Source: Burkholderiales bacterium (GTDB lineage Bacteria; Pseudomonadota; Gammaproteobacteria; Burkholderiales; JAEUOS01). Taken from it: a stretch of DNA of 49,635 nucleotides. The translations under genes were made by a program, and so were the position numbers. Location: the NCBI GenBank assembly GCA_043775155.1, contig JAYVSR010000025.1, positions 1 through 49,635 of the forward strand, written 5' to 3'. How positions within the stretch are numbered: the first letter of the stretch is position 1; each line of letters begins with the position of its first letter. The notes below the pieces were generated by a model. That model was not told the DNA's origin, made no database searches, and saw only the letters and a list, made by a program, of their open reading frames with translations. Shown in pieces: positions 8,258 to 18,318 of the stretch.

Positions 8258-9280
8258 ATGCATTGCGCAATTTTTTATCGCCGCCGTTTGCCCGCCGCTA
8301 CGTTATCGGCATTCATCACCGTGGCCGCAGCGACGCTCGCCACCCTCGCCACCGTCGCGCCGCCCGCGTCCGCGCAATCCAAAGCCTTTCCCGATCACGC
8401 GATCAAATTGATCGTGCCGTTCACCCCCGGCGGCAATGCCGATGTCGTCGCGCGCATGGTGGCGCAGGGCATGACCGAGCAACTCAAGCAGTCCGTCGTC
8501 GTCGAGAACCGCCCCGGTGCCAACGCGATGATCGGTGCTGAAGCGGTGGCGCGCGCGCCCGCCGATGGCTACACCATGCTGCTCGCCACCGCCGAGAGCC
8601 ACGCGATCAACCCGCACATTTACAAGAAGGTGAACTACGACGCGATCAAGGACTTCACGCCGGTCGGCGTGATCGGCCATTTTCCGTTTGCGCTGGTGAT
8701 CAACCCGAAACTGCCGGCGCAAAACTTGGCCGAGTTCGTCGCCTACGCCAAAGCCAACAAGGGCAAACTCAACTTCGCTTCATGGGGCGTCGGCAGTACC
8801 TCGCAGATCGCGTTTGAGCAGTTCAAGCAGACGACAGGCATCGACGGCGTGCATGTGCCGTTTCAGGGCGCGGCACCGGCCATCACCGCGGTGGCAGGCG
8901 GGCAGGTCGATGCGTTCATGGTGCCACTCGCAGTGGCGGTGCCGCAATCAAACAGCGGGCGAGTGCGCTTGCTCGGCGTCACCACCGCTCAGCGCGTCAC
9001 TACGTCCCCCGGCATTCCCACGTTGAGCGAGCAAGGCGTCGCCGTGGTCAGCGGCGGCTGGCACGTGCTGGTCGCGCCGAAAAACACGCCGAAAGAAATT
9101 GTCGCGCAGCTAAACGCGGCGTTGCTCGCAACCACATCAGCACCGGCCATGCGCGAGGGCTTGCTCAAGGTGGGCATTGACCCGGCCAACACCAGCCCGG
9201 CCGACGCTGAAAAAATGCTGCTGGCCGAATGGCAGCGCTGGGGCAAGGCGGCGCGTGATGCGGCGGTTACGGCTGAGTGA
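8258..9280 (+). CDS. Bug-family (TctC-like) tripartite tricarboxylate transporter substrate-binding protein
   Basis: Signal peptide, then FPDHAIKLIVPFTPGGNADVVARMVAQ...ENRPGANAMIGAEAVARAPADGYTMLLAT, the hallmark Bug motif. Confidence 0.9.
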   Translation: MHCAIFYRRRLPAATLSAFITVAAATLATLATVAPPASAQSKAFPDHAIKLIVPFTPGGNADVVARMVAQGMTEQLKQSVVVENRPGANAMIGAEAVARAPADGYTMLLATAESHAINPHIYKKVNYDAIKDFTPVGVIGHFPFALVINPKLPAQNLAEFVAYAKANKGKLNFASWGVGSTSQIAFEQFKQTTGIDGVHVPFQGAAPAITAVAGGQVDAFMVPLAVAVPQSNSGRVRLLGVTTAQRVTTSPGIPTLSEQGVAVVSGGWHVLVAPKNTPKEIVAQLNAALLATTSAPAMREGLLKVGIDPANTSPADAEKMLLAEWQRWGKAARDAAVTAE

Positions 9281-9321
9281 GTGCATAAACCGGCGCACGC
9301 TCACGCACTGTAGATAGCCTC

Positions 9322-9346
9322 AAGAATGGCTCCCAGAGCCATTCTT
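9322..9346. terminator. bidirectional hairpin between convergent genes
   Basis: AAGAATGGCT (9322-9331), 5-nt loop, AGCCATTCTT (9337-9346): a perfect 10-bp stem. The U-tracts are weak. Confidence 0.45.
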
Positions 9347-9353
9347 ATACAAA

Positions 9354-11036
9354 TTAACCGCCGAAACCATCCTCCACCTGCACATCGATCAAGCATGGCC
9401 CGCCACCGGCCTGCGCGCCTGCCATCATGCGTTTGATGGTGGCGTCAATGTCGCCCGGTTTGCTCACACGTGCGGTGCGTAAGCCGAGGCTTTCGGCCAG
9501 CTTGACGTAGTCGATCTCCGGGTTTTTCAAATCCATCGCGACAAATGCGTCGGTGTTGCGCAGGGCGACTAGGCGATCTTTGATGATGCGGTAACTGCGG
9601 TTGTTGACGATGATGTAGGTGATGGCGAGCTTGAGATGCGCGGCGGTCCACAGCCCCTGAATGCTGTACATCGCACTGCCGTCGCCGATTACCGCGACCA
9701 CGGGGCGGTCTGGATGCGCGAGGGCAACGCCGATCGCGCCGGGCAGGCCGAAGCCGAGTCCGCCGCTCGATAGACCATAGAAGCTGTTGGCATCGTTGGC
9801 GCGCAACACCTTGGCCAGCCCACCGGCTGAGCTGATTGCTTCTTCGACCACGATGGCGTTGGCGGGGATCGCTTCACTGATTCGTGCCATCAAATACTCG
9901 GTCCAGATCGGCACAGCGTCTTTTTTCGCTTCGAGCGCGGTCATTTGCTGCGCGCGGTTGACTGACCAGTTTTTGTTGCTGATGGCTACGCGCCGCTCTG
10001 CTGCTGCAACTTTGTCCGCGCTCGATTGCGCGCCCTCGATGGCCGGCAGCAGCGCACGCAGGGTCTCTTTGACATTGGCGCAGATCGCGGTTTCGGTCGG
10101 GTAGTTCTTGCCCAGCTCCCAATCGTTTTCGGAGACATGCAGCACCGGCAAGGTGTCGGGCAATGGCTCGGTTGGGCTGAAAGGCGACATGCGCAGCAGG
10201 TCGCCGCCGAGGCAGATGAGCAGGTCGTACTCTGTCAGCGTGGCACGCACTCGTTTTTGATTGCGGCCAATGTCGCCCAGGTTGAGCGCGTGATCAGAGG
10301 GAAAGCGGGCGTTCAATTGCACGGTGCCGAGGTATACGGCGGCACCGATCATCTCGGCGAAGCGTGTCGCTTCATCGAATGCATGATGATCAGCGATCTC
10401 CTTACCTGCCACGATGACGGGACGCTTTGCTTTCAAGATGCGCGCCGCCATCGCCGCGACAACGCTATCGGCCGGGCGCGTCTGGCGCTCGATGCGCGTC
10501 GGTGCGCCCAAGTCAATCTCGGCTTCGTCATCGAGAATGCTGCCGGGCAGGCTGATGAACACCGGCCCCATCGGCGGCGTGAGAGCGATCTTGGCGGCGC
10601 GGCGCACGATACGCGGCAGGTCTTGGATCCGCTCGACTTCGACTGCCCATTTCACCAGCGGCGCGGCGATTGGCACCAGTGGTTCGTAGAGCAAGGGTTC
10701 GGTCAGGCCATGCCCGATCTCATACTGGCCTGCCGTGACGATCACCGGCGAGCCGGAAAATTTCGCGGTGTAGAGCGCCCCCATCGCGTGGCCCAGACCC
10801 GGCGTGCAGTGCAAGTTGACGGCGGAGAGCTTGCCCGTGGCGCGCGAGTAGCCGTCAGCCATCGCCAGCACGACCGACTCTTGCAGGCCCAGCACATAGC
10901 GCAACTGCGGATACTTTGAAATCACCTCCATCACCGGCAACTCGGTGGTGCCGGGATTGCCGAAGAGATGCGTGACGCCTTCGTCAATCAGCAGTTCGAG
11001 GAAGGCCGAGCGGCCGTTGATTTTTGTTTTTGCCAT
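9354..11036 (-). CDS. thiamine-diphosphate enzyme, benzoylformate-decarboxylase (MdlC)-like
   Basis: Track ORF trimmed to ATG 11036: MAKTKINGRSAFLELLIDEGVTHLFGNPGTTELPVMEV...LQESVVLAMADGYSRATGK. C-terminal TPP motif GLGFGLPGAIG...IGDGSAMYSIQGLWTAA...NNRSY. Confidence 0.85.
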   Translation of the reverse strand: MAKTKINGRSAFLELLIDEGVTHLFGNPGTTELPVMEVISKYPQLRYVLGLQESVVLAMADGYSRATGKLSAVNLHCTPGLGHAMGALYTAKFSGSPVIVTAGQYEIGHGLTEPLLYEPLVPIAAPLVKWAVEVERIQDLPRIVRRAAKIALTPPMGPVFISLPGSILDDEAEIDLGAPTRIERQTRPADSVVAAMAARILKAKRPVIVAGKEIADHHAFDEATRFAEMIGAAVYLGTVQLNARFPSDHALNLGDIGRNQKRVRATLTEYDLLICLGGDLLRMSPFSPTEPLPDTLPVLHVSENDWELGKNYPTETAICANVKETLRALLPAIEGAQSSADKVAAAERRVAISNKNWSVNRAQQMTALEAKKDAVPIWTEYLMARISEAIPANAIVVEEAISSAGGLAKVLRANDANSFYGLSSGGLGFGLPGAIGVALAHPDRPVVAVIGDGSAMYSIQGLWTAAHLKLAITYIIVNNRSYRIIKDRLVALRNTDAFVAMDLKNPEIDYVKLAESLGLRTARVSKPGDIDATIKRMMAGAQAGGGPCLIDVQVEDGFGG

Positions 11037-11294
11037 GATGGGGATGTGCGAGATGAGTGCGAAGTGAGCGTGAAGATCAGGCGCGAGGTTATCCAATCGG
11101 GATCGAGCCGAGAGCAGCCGCCAGCATCTTACCCGCGTGGTGGGATGCTTAACTTCGCTGCGGCTGCGGCGCGGCGGTGAAGAAGGCCGGGGAGCGTGCG
11201 CTGGCTGAAGGGTTCTTGCTGCCGGAAGATGCTGCCGCGCTGGTGTCGGCGGCGGACAAGAGCGCGGTGTTGCGTTAGACACAATTAATGCCCT

Positions 11295-11321
11295 GAAGCG
11301 TAAATAGCATTTTTACGCTTC
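11295..11321. other. isolated perfect 10-bp hairpin
   Basis: GAAGCGTAAA (11295-11304), 7-nt loop, TTTACGCTTC (11312-11321). No flanking U-tract and no gene ends here. Confidence 0.4.
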
Positions 11322-11371
11322 GTCTACCTCTGGCAATTACCCCACAGGCCGCAGCTCACCCACCGCGCAAA

Positions 11372-11407
11372 CGAAGTGCAAGCGAAGTGCAAGCGGCGAA
11401 GTACAAG
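11372..11407 (+). repeat. three 11-bp direct repeats (iteron-like)
   Basis: CGAAGTGCAAG at 11372-11382 and 11383-11393, and CGAAGTACAAG at 11397-11407, in non-coding DNA. Confidence 0.7.
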
Positions 11408-11535
11408 CGGCGGTTTCCGCTGCGCTTCTCGCGCAAGGCAAGCTCTTTGGCATAGCGCACCGGCTAAGCGGGAGAACGGCGAAAAGGCGGTCGGTGGCAT
11501 TTGCAATGAGGGCTAAGTTGCAATAAAGTGACAGC

Positions 11536-11630
11536 ATTAAAAATCCGTTTGCGGACGGTATGGCAGCCGTGTAACATCATGCTACTGGGACTATGTACTG
11601 CCATGAAAAGCCGCACTCAGTGCGGCTTTT
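11536..11630 (+). ncRNA. candidate small RNA (promoter + structured about 95 nt + intrinsic terminator)
   Basis: TTGCAA (11501-11506), 17-nt spacer, TAAAGT (11524-11529). Internal hairpins are TCCG-TTTG-CGGA and GGCAG...CTGCC. It ends in AAAAGCCGCAC-TCA-GTGCGGCTTTT (11606-11630). No credible ORF ends here. Confidence 0.3.
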
Positions 11631-11650
11631 GTGCTGTTGAAGCAGACGAA

Positions 11651-11697
11651 CGCACCGAAAATGAGCAAAACACCGGCGCCGCACAAAAGCAGTGCAG
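11651..11697 (+). promoter_or_regulatory. two NtrC-like enhancer sites
   Basis: CGCACAAAAGCAGTGCA (11680-11696) fits GCAC-N7-GTGC, the core of the TGCACC-N5-GGTGCA consensus. A weaker site, GCACCGAAAATGAGCA, lies at 11652-11667. They sit 55-100 nt upstream of the sigma54 promoter. Confidence 0.5.
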
Positions 11698-11749
11698 TCC
11701 TGCCTTCGTAGTGATCTGTAATTATGGTCAGTAATTTCTTTTTCAGATG

Positions 11750-11765
11750 TGGTACGAAACCTGCA
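11750..11765 (+). promoter_or_regulatory. sigma54 (-24/-12) promoter of the TorF-family porin gene
   Basis: TGGTACGAAACCTGCA against the consensus TGGCACG-N4-TTGCW. GG and GC are at the correct 12-nt register. It is 56 nt before ATG 11821. Confidence 0.65.
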
Positions 11766-11820
11766 ACGCATTTAAATCAGTCATCGCAGTTTTTCTTGGT
11801 TTTTTAACGAAAGGTTCATC

Positions 11821-13195
<1,375 letters not shown>

Positions 13196-13203
13196 AGGGG
13201 CGC

Positions 13204-14766
13204 ATGATGAAAAAACTGTTATCGATTTTGGGGCTTGCCGCTGTGCTGGGCGCAGGTAGCGTCATGGTACCGTTCGCCGGTAATGCAATGGCGCAGGACA
13301 AGGCGGCTCCGGCTGCTGAGATGAAGAAAGACGCTGCACCGGCTGCTGATGCGAAGAAAGATGCTGCGCCTGCCGCCGCTGGTGCTGCCGCACCTGCAGC
13401 CCCTGCCACCGCTGGCGCGGCACCGGCCGCAACCGCCACCCCTGCTCTCCCTGCACCGAACAAGGGCGACACGACCTTCATGTACATCGCCACCATCCTC
13501 GTCATCCTGATGACGATCCCCGGTTTGGCGCTGTTCTACGGCGGCTTGGTGCGCTCGAAGAACATGCTCTCAGTGCTGATGCAGGTGTTCGTCACCTTCT
13601 GCCTGATCGCGATTCTGTGGGTGATCTACGGTTACAGCATCGCCTTCACCGGCGGTAGCCCGTTCTTTGGCGGCTTCTCCAAGCTGTTTCTCGACACCGT
13701 GTCGCTAGACGGCGGCGGCGCGACTTTCTCCAAGGGCGTGTATATCCCCGAGATGATGTTCGCGCTGTTCCAGTTGACGTTTGCTGCGATCACGCCGTGC
13801 CTGATTGTCGGCGCGTTTGCCGAGCGGATGAAGTTCTCCGCTGTGCTGTGGTTCATGGCGCTGTGGTTTACCTTCGCCTATCTGCCGATGGCGCATATGG
13901 TGTGGTATTGGGATGGCCCGGACTCGATCAAGGACGCCGCCACTCTCAAATCAGTGACTGACGCAGCCGGCTGGCTGTGGGCCAAAGGCGCGCTCGACTT
14001 CGCCGGCGGCACCGTGGTGCATATCAACGCCGGTATCGCCGGTCTGGTCGCCGCGTTCGTGGTTGGCAAGCGGATTGGTTACGGCAAAGAAGCGATGACC
14101 CCGCACAGCCTGACGATGACGATGATCGGTGCTTGCTTGCTGTGGATCGGCTGGTTCGGTTTCAACGTTGGCTCGAACCTTGAAGCCAATGGCATCGCCG
14201 GGCTGGCCTTCGTCAATACGCTGGTTGCCACCGCAGCAGCAACATTGGCTTGGCTGTTTTTCGAGAATCTTCTCAAAGGCAAGCCCTCGATGTTGGGTGC
14301 AGCTTCGGGCGCCGTCGCTGGCCTGGTGGCGATTACTCCGGCTTGTGGCACGGTAGGTATCAAAGGCGCGTTGGTCATCGGCCTCGTTGCCGGCGGCTTG
14401 TGCCTGTGGGGTGTGACTGGTCTCAAGCGCATGCTCGGCGCCGACGACGCCCTCGACGTATTTGGCGTGCATGGTATTGGCGGCATCTGGGGCGCGATTG
14501 CCACTGGTATCTTCACCGCACCGTCGCTCGGCGGCCAAGGTCTGGTTGACTGGGTCAAAGGCGCAGCCTCGACCGACCCCTACGACATGATGGGCCAAGT
14601 GGTCATCCAGTTCTGGGCGATTGGCACTGCGGTCGTTCTGTCAGGCATCGTGTCCTTGGTCGCGCTCAAAGTGATCGACTTGGTGATTGGCCTGCGGGTG
14701 GCGGAAGACGAAGAACGCGAAGGTCTTGACCTGTCGTCGCACGGTGAGACTGCGTATCACATGTAA
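13204..14766 (+). CDS. amtB: ammonium transporter AmtB with a long Ala/Pro/Lys-rich N-terminal extension
   Basis: Core: FMYIATILVILMTIPGLALFYGGLVRSKN...AGGTVVHINAGIAGLVAAFVVGKR...DALDVFGVHGIGGIWGAIATG. About 55 residues of low complexity lie between the signal peptide and TM1. Confidence 0.95.
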   Translation: MMKKLLSILGLAAVLGAGSVMVPFAGNAMAQDKAAPAAEMKKDAAPAADAKKDAAPAAAGAAAPAAPATAGAAPAATATPALPAPNKGDTTFMYIATILVILMTIPGLALFYGGLVRSKNMLSVLMQVFVTFCLIAILWVIYGYSIAFTGGSPFFGGFSKLFLDTVSLDGGGATFSKGVYIPEMMFALFQLTFAAITPCLIVGAFAERMKFSAVLWFMALWFTFAYLPMAHMVWYWDGPDSIKDAATLKSVTDAAGWLWAKGALDFAGGTVVHINAGIAGLVAAFVVGKRIGYGKEAMTPHSLTMTMIGACLLWIGWFGFNVGSNLEANGIAGLAFVNTLVATAAATLAWLFFENLLKGKPSMLGAASGAVAGLVAITPACGTVGIKGALVIGLVAGGLCLWGVTGLKRMLGADDALDVFGVHGIGGIWGAIATGIFTAPSLGGQGLVDWVKGAASTDPYDMMGQVVIQFWAIGTAVVLSGIVSLVALKVIDLVIGLRVAEDEEREGLDLSSHGETAYHM

Positions 14767-14844
14767 TTGAAGTAAGCGTCAGCAAAATCAAGCTCCTCCC
14801 GATGCCGATGCCGCTGTCAACCCAGCGCATCAGCATCCTTGAAG

Positions 14845-14869
14845 CCCCTCCGCGCGAGGGGTTTTTTTT
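14845..14869 (+). terminator. rho-independent terminator after amtB
   Basis: CCCCTC-CGCGC-GAGGGG followed by T8. Confidence 0.85.
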
Positions 14870-14989
14870 CGTCGCTTGAATTGAGGCAAAACGGCCCAAG
14901 CTCTGCGGATTGTCCTTACCGCGCAATCACCCCCGCAATCCCCACGAAATCACTACGCATTTTCACCAAGCGCGCGCAGCCCTGTCTGT

Positions 14990-14998
14990 TGTTAGAAT
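14990..14998 (+). promoter_or_regulatory. possible extended -10 promoter for gshA
   Basis: TGT-TAGAAT (TG-n-TAnAAT) about 95 nt upstream of the gshA ATG. No good -35. Confidence 0.3.
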
Positions 14999-15092
14999 CC
15001 ACCGCCCAAGTTGCACCGTACCGTTGTGGTGCCCGCCGTTGCGAGCGCTGGTTGTTGCGTGAACCGTTCGCGCGAAAGAAAGGTTCGATCCT

Positions 15093-16379
15093 ATGTCAGT
15101 GCCCCATCTCAAAACCACGCTGTCCGGCCCGATGCGCGACGTCGAGCGCAAGATTCTCGATCACGCGACCGAGATCGAGCGCTGGTTCCGCCTTGAGTGG
15201 CAAGAGCACACGCCGCCGTTTTATTCCTCGGTCGACTTGCGCAATTCCGGCTTCAAAATCGCCCCGGTCGATACCAATCTCTACCCCGGCGGCTTCAATA
15301 ATCTGTCAAAAGAAATGCTTCCACTAGCAGTGCAAGCGGCGCAGTCGGCGATTGAAAAATACTGCGCCGATGCAAAGAACCTGCTGCTGATTCCCGAGAA
15401 TCACACACGCAATTTGTTCTATCTGCAAAACGTCTCGCGCCTGCAAACCATCTTGAAGCAAACCGGTCTCACGGTGCGGCTTGGCTCACTCAACCCGGAA
15501 GTGAAAGAACCCACCCGCATTGAGTTGCCCGACGGCAGCGCGATAACCGTCGAGCCGCTGGTGCGCGAGGGCAATCGTGTCGGCCTCGCCGGCTTCGACC
15601 CCTGCGCAATTCTGCTCAACAACGATTTGTCCTCTGGGATTCCGGCGATCCTAAAAAATCTCGGCGAGCAAATCTTGTTGCCGCCACTGCAAGCGGGCTG
15701 GGCAGTGCGGCGCAAGTCGCATCACTTTCACGCCTACGACCAAGTGGTGGAAAAATTCGCCCGTGAAATCGGCATCGACCCCTGGCTCGTCAATCCCGCG
15801 TTCAGCGTCTGCGGCAAAGTCAATTTTCATGAGCGCGAGGGTGAGGAATGTCTCGAAGCCAACGTCGGTGCGGTGCTCGAAGAAATGCGCGTTAAGTACG
15901 CCGAATACAAGATCGACGATGAGCCTTTCGTGATTGTGAAAGCCGATGCCGGCACCTACGGCATGGGCATCATGAGCGTCAAATCGCCGGCTGAAGTGGT
16001 CGGCCTGAACCGCAAGCAACGCAACAAAATGTCGGTAGTCAAAGAGGGCCTTGAAGTCAGCGAAGTGATCGTGCAAGAAGGCGTACACACGATCGAGCGC
16101 GTCGGCAGCGCCACTGCGGAGCCTGTGATCTACATGATCGACCGCTTCGTCGTCGGCAGTTTTTATCGCGTCAACACGCTGCGCGGCATCACCGAAAATC
16201 TGAACGCGCCAGGCGCGCATTTTGAGTCGCTCGGGTTTGAGTCGGCTTGCTCGACGCCTGATCCAGAGGGCGACCCCGCCGCCGAGAACAACCGCTTCTA
16301 CACCTACGGCGTGGTCGCACGGCTGGCGAGTTTGGCCGCTAGTTATGAGTTGGAGCAGACCGCTGGCGCAGCGGATTGA
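15093..16379 (+). CDS. gshA: glutamate--cysteine ligase (betaproteobacterial/Acidithiobacillus-type GshA)
   Basis: 428 aa. FYSSVDLRNSGFKIAPVDTNLYPGGFNNL...FVIVKADAGTYGMGIM... Followed directly by gshB. Confidence 0.85.
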   Translation: MSVPHLKTTLSGPMRDVERKILDHATEIERWFRLEWQEHTPPFYSSVDLRNSGFKIAPVDTNLYPGGFNNLSKEMLPLAVQAAQSAIEKYCADAKNLLLIPENHTRNLFYLQNVSRLQTILKQTGLTVRLGSLNPEVKEPTRIELPDGSAITVEPLVREGNRVGLAGFDPCAILLNNDLSSGIPAILKNLGEQILLPPLQAGWAVRRKSHHFHAYDQVVEKFAREIGIDPWLVNPAFSVCGKVNFHEREGEECLEANVGAVLEEMRVKYAEYKIDDEPFVIVKADAGTYGMGIMSVKSPAEVVGLNRKQRNKMSVVKEGLEVSEVIVQEGVHTIERVGSATAEPVIYMIDRFVVGSFYRVNTLRGITENLNAPGAHFESLGFESACSTPDPEGDPAAENNRFYTYGVVARLASLAASYELEQTAGAAD

Positions 16380-16442
16380 GCGGCAGCGCCGCAACACCTC
16401 GCTACCCGCGTTCACGACCGCCCCACGAATTTGAAAGCCCGC

Positions 16443-17573
16443 ATGCGCATCCTCTTCATCGCCGACCCGCTCGAATCGTTCAAGATTTATAAGGACTCGA
16501 CATACGCAATGATGGCCGAGGCCGGCACGCGCGGCCACGCGTTGTCGGTGTGCCAGCAGCACGATTTGTTCGTCAAAGATGGGCTGGTGCAAGCCACTTC
16601 TGCCAGCATCACTCTCGTGAAACCCTTGGGGGACAAGCTTCTTCACTGGTTCAATCCCGGAGATCCGCTCCCAGAGCGCCTCTCCGCGTTTGACGCCATC
16701 GTGATGCGCAAGGATCCGCCGTTCGACATGGAGTACGTTTACTCCACCCACCTGCTGGAGCGCGCCGCTGCCCAAGGCGCGCGCGTCTACAACTCGGGCC
16801 GCGCGATCCGCGATCACAGCGAGAAACTCTCGATCCTCGAATTCCCGCAGTTCACCGCGCCGACCCTGGTCGCGCGCGACGCCGTGCACCTGCGCGCCTT
16901 CATCGCCGAGCACGGCGACACCATCTTCAAACCGCTCGACGGCATGGGCGGGGCCGGGATTTTCCGCGTCCGCAAAGATGACCCGAACACCGGCTCGATC
17001 ATCGAAACCCTGACAGACAACGGCGCGCGAACCATCATGGCGCAAAAATATCTGCCGGCGATCAAGGACGGCGACAAGCGGGTGCTGCTGATCAACGGCC
17101 GGCCGGCACCCTACTGCCTCGCGCGCATCCCGATGGCTGGCGAGACGCGCGGCAACCTCGCGGCGGGCGGCACCGGCGTCGCCCGCGAGTTGACGAAACG
17201 TGACCGCGAAATCGCCGAAGCGCTCGGCCCGACACTCGCCGCACGCGGCCTGATGCTGGTTGGCCTCGACATCATCGGCGAACACCTCACCGAGATCAAC
17301 GTCACCAGCCCGACCTGCTTTCGCGAGATCACTGCACAGAGTGGGTTCAACGTGGCGGGGATGTTTATTGATGCGCTTGAAGCGGCGGGGCGGCGTGGAA
17401 AATCTGCGGTCAAGAATCCAAGCAAAGCCTTCAAAGCGTTTGCCCGCGCTGGCTTGATCGGCGCAGTTCCGGCGGATTTACCGGGCGCAAAAGGCCAACG
17501 GGTTGCGGATAAAGACACGGTGCGCAAAACAGTACTGGCGGCGCTGAAAGCAAAGAGCACCGGCAAGCGCTAA
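16443..17573 (+). CDS. gshB: glutathione synthetase with an about 60-aa basic C-terminal extension
   Basis: [24 protein letters not shown]..., [54 protein letters not shown]. Start moved to ATG 16443. Confidence 0.92.
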   Translation: MRILFIADPLESFKIYKDSTYAMMAEAGTRGHALSVCQQHDLFVKDGLVQATSASITLVKPLGDKLLHWFNPGDPLPERLSAFDAIVMRKDPPFDMEYVYSTHLLERAAAQGARVYNSGRAIRDHSEKLSILEFPQFTAPTLVARDAVHLRAFIAEHGDTIFKPLDGMGGAGIFRVRKDDPNTGSIIETLTDNGARTIMAQKYLPAIKDGDKRVLLINGRPAPYCLARIPMAGETRGNLAAGGTGVARELTKRDREIAEALGPTLAARGLMLVGLDIIGEHLTEINVTSPTCFREITAQSGFNVAGMFIDALEAAGRRGKSAVKNPSKAFKAFARAGLIGAVPADLPGAKGQRVADKDTVRKTVLAALKAKSTGKR

Positions 17574-17644
17574 CGGGATGCGTTGACATCTAGCGCACGC
17601 TGTTCTTGTCGTATAGTCGGAGTTCGTCAATTCACGCGATTCCG

Positions 17645-18061
17645 ATGATCGGCATTCTTCTCATTACGCACGGCACTCTCGGCGAAGCCCTGCTCGCCAA
17701 CGCCGCCCACGTGTTGGGCGGGATGCCGCCCAACGCTGGCGCGATGAACATCGCGCCGGCCGACCGCACCGATGGCCGGCTGGCCGAGGCGCGCGGACTG
17801 GCGGCAGCGCTCAATGACGGTGATGGCGTGCTGGTATTCACCGATATTTTTGGCGCGACGCCGGCCAATCTGGCGGGGTGTTTGTTGACCTCGGAAAAAA
17901 TTGAAGGCATCGCTGGCGTGAGTCTGCCGATGCTGGTGAAGGCGCTGGCCTATCGCGCGTTACCGCTGGCGGAAGTGGTGGGCAAGGCGCTCGATGGCGG
18001 CACCCAGGGACAAATCAGAATCAAGGAGGACTGCTGTCATGCCGCACAAGGAGGAAGTTGA
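17645..18061 (+). CDS. PTS EIIA component, mannose/fructose family (PtsM-like, no cognate EIIB/C/D)
   Basis: MIGILLITHGTLGEALL (phosphorylatable His in ITHG), ...VLVFTDIFGATPAN... Start moved to ATG 17645. The 3' end overlaps ptsH by 23 nt. Confidence 0.85.
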   Translation: MIGILLITHGTLGEALLANAAHVLGGMPPNAGAMNIAPADRTDGRLAEARGLAAALNDGDGVLVFTDIFGATPANLAGCLLTSEKIEGIAGVSLPMLVKALAYRALPLAEVVGKALDGGTQGQIRIKEDCCHAAQGGS

Positions 18062-18311
18062 GATCGTCAATCAGCTCGGGCTGCACGCGCGCGCGTCGGC
18101 AAAGCTGACGCAACTGGCGGCGCAGTTCAAGAGCGAGGTGTGGCTGACGCGCAATGGCCGCCGGGTGAATGGCAAAAGCATCATGGGCGTGATGATGCTG
18201 GCGGCGGGCATCGGCTCGAAGGTGGAACTTGAAGTCAATGGCGCCGATGAAACAGCAGCGCTCGCAGCGTTGAAAAAACTGATCGCCGATAAATTTGGCG
18301 AGGGCAAATGA
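18039..18311 (+). CDS. ptsH: phosphocarrier protein HPr
   Basis: 90 aa. VEIVNQLGLHARASAKL (active-site His) and GKSIMGVMMLAAGIGS. Confidence 0.92.
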   Translation: MPHKEEVEIVNQLGLHARASAKLTQLAAQFKSEVWLTRNGRRVNGKSIMGVMMLAAGIGSKVELEVNGADETAALAALKKLIADKFGEGK

Positions 18312-18318
18312 GCCGCGC

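Noticed and set aside
11177-11278. 33-codon GTG ORF ending ...LAEGFLLPEDAAALVSAADKSAVLR, which looks protein-like
   Set aside because: It is too short, has no Shine-Dalgarno sequence and has a stop just upstream in frame. It could be the C-terminal remnant of a lost gene, but I cannot support it as a feature.
11037-11282. N-terminal extension of the decarboxylase-like ORF (track start 11282). Similar extensions occur at 1102-1404, 45032-45445 and 46506-46637.
   Set aside because: The extensions are Pro/Arg/Ser-rich. The family-typical N-termini start at internal ATGs, with Shine-Dalgarno sequences where I checked (for example 46505). The extensions would also overlap neighbouring genes or promoters.
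11579-11734. Cys-containing 51-aa ORF (MLLGLCTAMKSRTQCGFCAVE...) inside track ORF 11528..11734
   Set aside because: It reads straight through a strong terminator hairpin and the NtrC-like sites. Its codon usage is poor for this genome. The non-coding RNA/regulatory interpretation is preferred.
15651-17285. 544-aa ORF on the minus strand
   Set aside because: It lies antisense to the confidently identified gshA and gshB. Its composition is dominated by Arg/Ala/Gly/His/Asp, as expected for a shadow frame in high-GC DNA, and it has no recognisable motif.
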